The notes below the pieces were generated by a model. It had not been told where the DNA came from and made no database searches. It worked only from the letters and a program-made list of their open reading frames with translations. The position numbers and the translations under genes are program-made. This document shows positions 60,560 to 64,000 of a stretch of DNA of 64,000 bases, piece after piece. The first letter of the stretch is position 1, and each line of letters begins with the position of its first letter. Source of the DNA: a virus; the IMG/VR virus record IMGVR_UViG_3300042314_001189, positions 64,001 to 128,000 of that record. The stretch is one strand, 5' to 3'.

Positions 60560-61233
60560 TGATTAAAATAGATAAAAAAACAAAAGAACAACTCATTCAA
60601 CTTTTTGAAACCAAAAAAATTTCCTTGGAAGGTAATATATTAAAGGTTATTGAAGATGATGGGGATGAAGCGTTTCAAAAATACATCAAAGAATCGATTG
60701 AAAAAGATAATTCTACCAGGAAAAAACGTTTGGAAATAACCAAACAAATTCAAAAACAAAATAAAGAATTAACTGATTGGAAAGTTGAAAACGAAAGAAT
60801 TCATGGTGAGCTTTTAGAAACTTTAGAAGCCAATAAAACAGCTATAATAGAAGCTGAAACAGCAAAAGAAGAAGCTGAAACAGCAAAAGAAGAAGCCGAG
60901 TTGTCTAAAGAACAAGCTGAGAAATCAATGGCTGAAGCAATCACGGCTAGAGCCGAAGCTGAAAATGCAAAAGCAAATGCTGAAAATGATTTGGAGTTGA
61001 TTCAAAAGAAATCTCAGTTTGAATTAATTGGTACAATAGTTAAAGTTGCTCTTTGGGTTATTATGGGTGTTGGTGTAACAACGACTGTTATGTTTTTAAT
61101 CGCATTATTTGCTAAGGTTGACACTAGCGTAATCGGGTCAACATGGAGTAATATCATTGGTATTTTATTAACCAATGCATTCAGTATTGTTGGTACGATA
61201 ATGGGTGTTAAATACGCTTCAGAAAATAAGTGA
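60559..61233 (+). CDS. Coiled-coil protein with two C-terminal TM helices
   Basis: EAETAKE repeats; overlaps the regulator stop codon. Confidence 0.6.
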   Translation: MIKIDKKTKEQLIQLFETKKISLEGNILKVIEDDGDEAFQKYIKESIEKDNSTRKKRLEITKQIQKQNKELTDWKVENERIHGELLETLEANKTAIIEAETAKEEAETAKEEAELSKEQAEKSMAEAITARAEAENAKANAENDLELIQKKSQFELIGTIVKVALWVIMGVGVTTTVMFLIALFAKVDTSVIGSTWSNIIGILLTNAFSIVGTIMGVKYASENK

Positions 61234-61240
61234 TAACGAC

Positions 61241-61522
61241 TTATGCGTTATCACCACTATCTGTATCGTTAGTGTTACCACCTTTTTTAGCCCATATTTT
61301 ATCAACAGAAGCCAAACCTAAACAACCAAACGCTAATAAAGCTACAGCGTCTACTAATTTATCAGAAGGTTTAATATCACCATGAGTGTATTGATTTACA
61401 TATAATGTAACACAAAGTGTGATACCACAAAGAATACCAATAAATCTTTTTGATGAAGGGTTACCTTTTTCATCATTAAATAAGCCTTTTACCCAAGCTA
61501 CAATTTTAGAATACCATTTCAT
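61241..61522 (-). CDS. Holin-like two-TM protein
   Basis: GNPSSKR followed by two TM helices; minus-strand TATTTATA upstream. Confidence 0.5.
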   Translation of the reverse strand: MKWYSKIVAWVKGLFNDEKGNPSSKRFIGILCGITLCVTLYVNQYTHGDIKPSDKLVDAVALLAFGCLGLASVDKIWAKKGGNTNDTDSGDNA

Positions 61523-61856
61523 AATATTAAGTTTATTATAAATATTTAAAAATTTACATTTGTTCTTTATTTTAAAAAAATAAACATTATATTTGCAAAT
61601 TTAATTTAATTAAATTTGTTTATTTCAAAAAAAATTAATACCTTTGTGTAAATTAATACATATGATGTTACAATTAAATCCAATGTTACCAATAATTAGA
61701 GTTTCTGACAACATGAAAGGTTATGCCTTTTTAGTTATAGATTACTCACAAGAACATGATTTGATGTTCACATGTGCTATGGATAACGGTGAAATATGGA
61801 CGTTGAAAAACAACGAATTAAGGATGGAAAAAAACATAACTTTAGGTAGAAAATAA

Positions 61857-63047
61857 ATGAAACAAATTACACACGAATTTTTGGTTGAGAATGGTTTAAT
61901 ACTATTTGAAACTGTTGTAGGTTCACAAGCATACGGAACTCAGACTCCAACGTCAGATATAGATAAAAAATTTGTCTATATATTACCACATGATTACATA
62001 TTGGGTACTGGATATATGGAACAAATAAACGTAAACAAAGATTACGTTGGTTGGGAAATCAGAAGATTTTTAGAACTTATGGCTAGCAATAACCCAACTG
62101 TTTTGGAATTGTTAAACAGCCCAGAAGATTGTATCGTATCTAAACACCCATTATTTGATGACATCATCGCACACAAAGATGAATTTATTACAAAGATTTG
62201 TAAGGATTCATTTGGTGGTTATGCCAGACAACAAATCAAAAAAGCCAAAGGTCTAGATAAGAAACAAAATTGGGAAAAAGACAAAGTAACTCGTAAAGAT
62301 GTTTTGGACTTCGTTTATGTTATTGAAGGTCAAAAGTCTATTCCATGGAAAGTTTGGAATACTCGTTACAATGAAAAATTCTGTGGTGTTGTAAATGTAC
62401 CAAATGCTAGAGATTTATATGCTGTTTATTTTGACGTTGATGCCAATAACTGTTTCAACGAAAAAATACCAGAAAAGATGAGGGAAGAAGCTAAAGCTTG
62501 GAGAAAAAAAGAAGGTGAACCTATGGGTTTTGGTTATAAAGGACTAGTAAAGACCGATGAAGGTGCAAACGCTGCTGAATCAAATCAATTAAGACTTTCA
62601 AGCATACCAAAAGGTGAAACACCTATCTGCAACATCATCTATAACAAAGATGGTTATACAATGCACTGTAAAGACTACAAGGAGTATCAAGATTGGTTGG
62701 AAAACAGAAATGAAACAAGATATGTTGAAACGCAAGAGCATGGTCAAAAAATTGACGGTAAAAACATGATGCACTGCATGCGACTTATAAGAATGGCACA
62801 AGAAATTGGTGCTGGCAAAGGTATTATTGTTCGCAGACCAGATGCGCAAGAATTGTTATCTATCAGACGTGGTGAGGTAGATTTGGAGAATTTAATCGCC
62901 ATGGCTGACCAAGCTATTTTAGAAATGGATTCAATTTTTGATAATTCTGATTTACCAAACAAAACAAACCCAGAGTTGGTGAACGCATTATTGATTCACA
63001 TTAGAAGAGAATTTTATAACTTGCCAATCATGGCAACAAACATTTAA
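61857..63047 (+). CDS. Pol-beta family nucleotidyltransferase (RlaP / T4 NrdC.11-like)
   Basis: GSQAYGT.TPTSDID, NPTVLELL, KNMMHCMRL. Confidence 0.8.
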   Translation: MKQITHEFLVENGLILFETVVGSQAYGTQTPTSDIDKKFVYILPHDYILGTGYMEQINVNKDYVGWEIRRFLELMASNNPTVLELLNSPEDCIVSKHPLFDDIIAHKDEFITKICKDSFGGYARQQIKKAKGLDKKQNWEKDKVTRKDVLDFVYVIEGQKSIPWKVWNTRYNEKFCGVVNVPNARDLYAVYFDVDANNCFNEKIPEKMREEAKAWRKKEGEPMGFGYKGLVKTDEGANAAESNQLRLSSIPKGETPICNIIYNKDGYTMHCKDYKEYQDWLENRNETRYVETQEHGQKIDGKNMMHCMRLIRMAQEIGAGKGIIVRRPDAQELLSIRRGEVDLENLIAMADQAILEMDSIFDNSDLPNKTNPELVNALLIHIRREFYNLPIMATNI

Positions 63048-63050
63048 AAT

Positions 63051-63554
63051 ATGAATATATTTGACGCACCAAAAGATTGTATAAGAACCAATTCTGGTTT
63101 ATACATCAACGTATTTGAACCAACATCAGAAATGATATGTATTGAAGATATTGCACATGCTTTATCTTCGATACCTAGGTTCGGTGGACACATGAATAAA
63201 CACTATTCTGTGGCTCAACACAGTGTAATGTGTTATGAACGAGCTATTGGTGTAGAAGATAAAAAAGCTGCTCTTATGCACGATGCCAGTGAAGCTTATA
63301 TGTTGGATATACCAACACCAATAAAAGCTAAATTGCCAGACTATAAAAAGTATGAGGCGAACCTTATGAGTTTCATTGCAAACAAATATGGTTTTGTATT
63401 CCCACTAACAGAATCAGTACACGCAATTGACCGTGAAATGTTGTTGTTGGAATGGGAAAATTTGGTGGTTAATCAAAATGAATCGTTTGAGTGTTGGTCA
63501 CACGCTTATGCTAAAGAAAGATTTTTAAACGCATTTAACGAGTTGTTCAAATAA
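63051..63554 (+). CDS. HD-domain 5'-deoxynucleotidase-like protein
   Basis: IEDIAHALS, RFGGH, YSVAQH, LMHDASEAY, DIPTP. Confidence 0.8.
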   Translation: MNIFDAPKDCIRTNSGLYINVFEPTSEMICIEDIAHALSSIPRFGGHMNKHYSVAQHSVMCYERAIGVEDKKAALMHDASEAYMLDIPTPIKAKLPDYKKYEANLMSFIANKYGFVFPLTESVHAIDREMLLLEWENLVVNQNESFECWSHAYAKERFLNAFNELFK

Positions 63555-63708
63555 AAACTATGGAAAAAGAATTTGGTTCAGAAGAACCTAAACAAGAAAC
63601 ACTTGAAGAAATTGAAAAGAACATTGACCGAGAAGAGTGGATAAACTTTTTTAAAAATAACTCAAAAGAAGAAATTCTAGAATACTTAATCAACTATAAA
63701 TTCCCATT

Positions 63709-63957
63709 ATGAAAAAAGAAACACTTGAAGAAGCTGCTGAAAATTTTGCAAATTCAAAGGAATGGATAAATGGGGGTGCAAGTAATTGGGTACAGTTTTC
63801 TTTTAAAAAGGGTGCTAAATGGCAAGCCGAAAGAGGTTATAGTGAAGAAGAAGTACTTGATTTATTATACAAAAGAGATTTATACTTACTTAATAGAGAT
63901 GAAGAAGTTGAATTAGAATTGCCAGATGAATGGTTTGAACAATTTAAAAAGAAATAG
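63709..63957 (+). CDS. Small hypothetical protein (KETLEEAA family)
   Basis: ETLEEAAE...GAKWQAER motif; a similar KQETLEE motif occurs in the upstream small ORF at 63560. Confidence 0.5.
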   Translation: MKKETLEEAAENFANSKEWINGGASNWVQFSFKKGAKWQAERGYSEEEVLDLLYKRDLYLLNRDEEVELELPDEWFEQFKKK

Positions 63958-64000
63958 TATGAAAAATTTACATTTAGTATACACAGATAACCCAAGTAGA

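Noticed and set aside
1-64000. Genome-wide stop-codon reassignment (code 15 or code 4)
   Set aside because: Coding density is already high under the standard code, and both TAG and TGA end genes at sensible positions. In-frame stops were seen only in the release factor, the Pth2-like gene and one micro-ORF.

Overview
AT-rich, gene-dense segment of a large T4-like (jumbo/huge) phage, most likely infecting a Bacteroidota host. Evidence for the host is the many TAnnTTTG host-type promoters, a T9SS-like cargo protein and an Hc1-like protein. The window carries replication/recombination genes (RuvC-like, primase, Mre11/Rad50), two sigma70 factors, lysis genes and virion proteins. It also holds a large translation-maintenance/RNA-repair arsenal: tmRNA, ClpP, DnaJ, a release factor, two Pth2-like proteins, CCA enzyme, two RNA ligases, a kinase-2H protein, a DUF2828/TROVE-like protein and about 15 tRNA or tRNA-like genes. 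The most striking features are missed by the ORF track. (1) A 32-codon leader peptide with a terminator/antiterminator lies in front of the main tRNA cluster; 19 of its first 20 codons are read by the tRNAs in that cluster, which suggests a tRNA-depletion-sensing attenuator. (2) An RF1-type release factor gene is interrupted by two in-frame UGA-C codons. (3) An amber-suppressor tRNA lies just upstream of a Pth2-like gene that has UAG at codon 3. (4) A four-copy structured ncRNA family (TTCAGCAA motif) is linked to the DUF2828/TROVE-like gene. (5) A minimal RNase P-like RNA heads a dense ncRNA array. All assignments were made by eye from motifs; no database searches were run.
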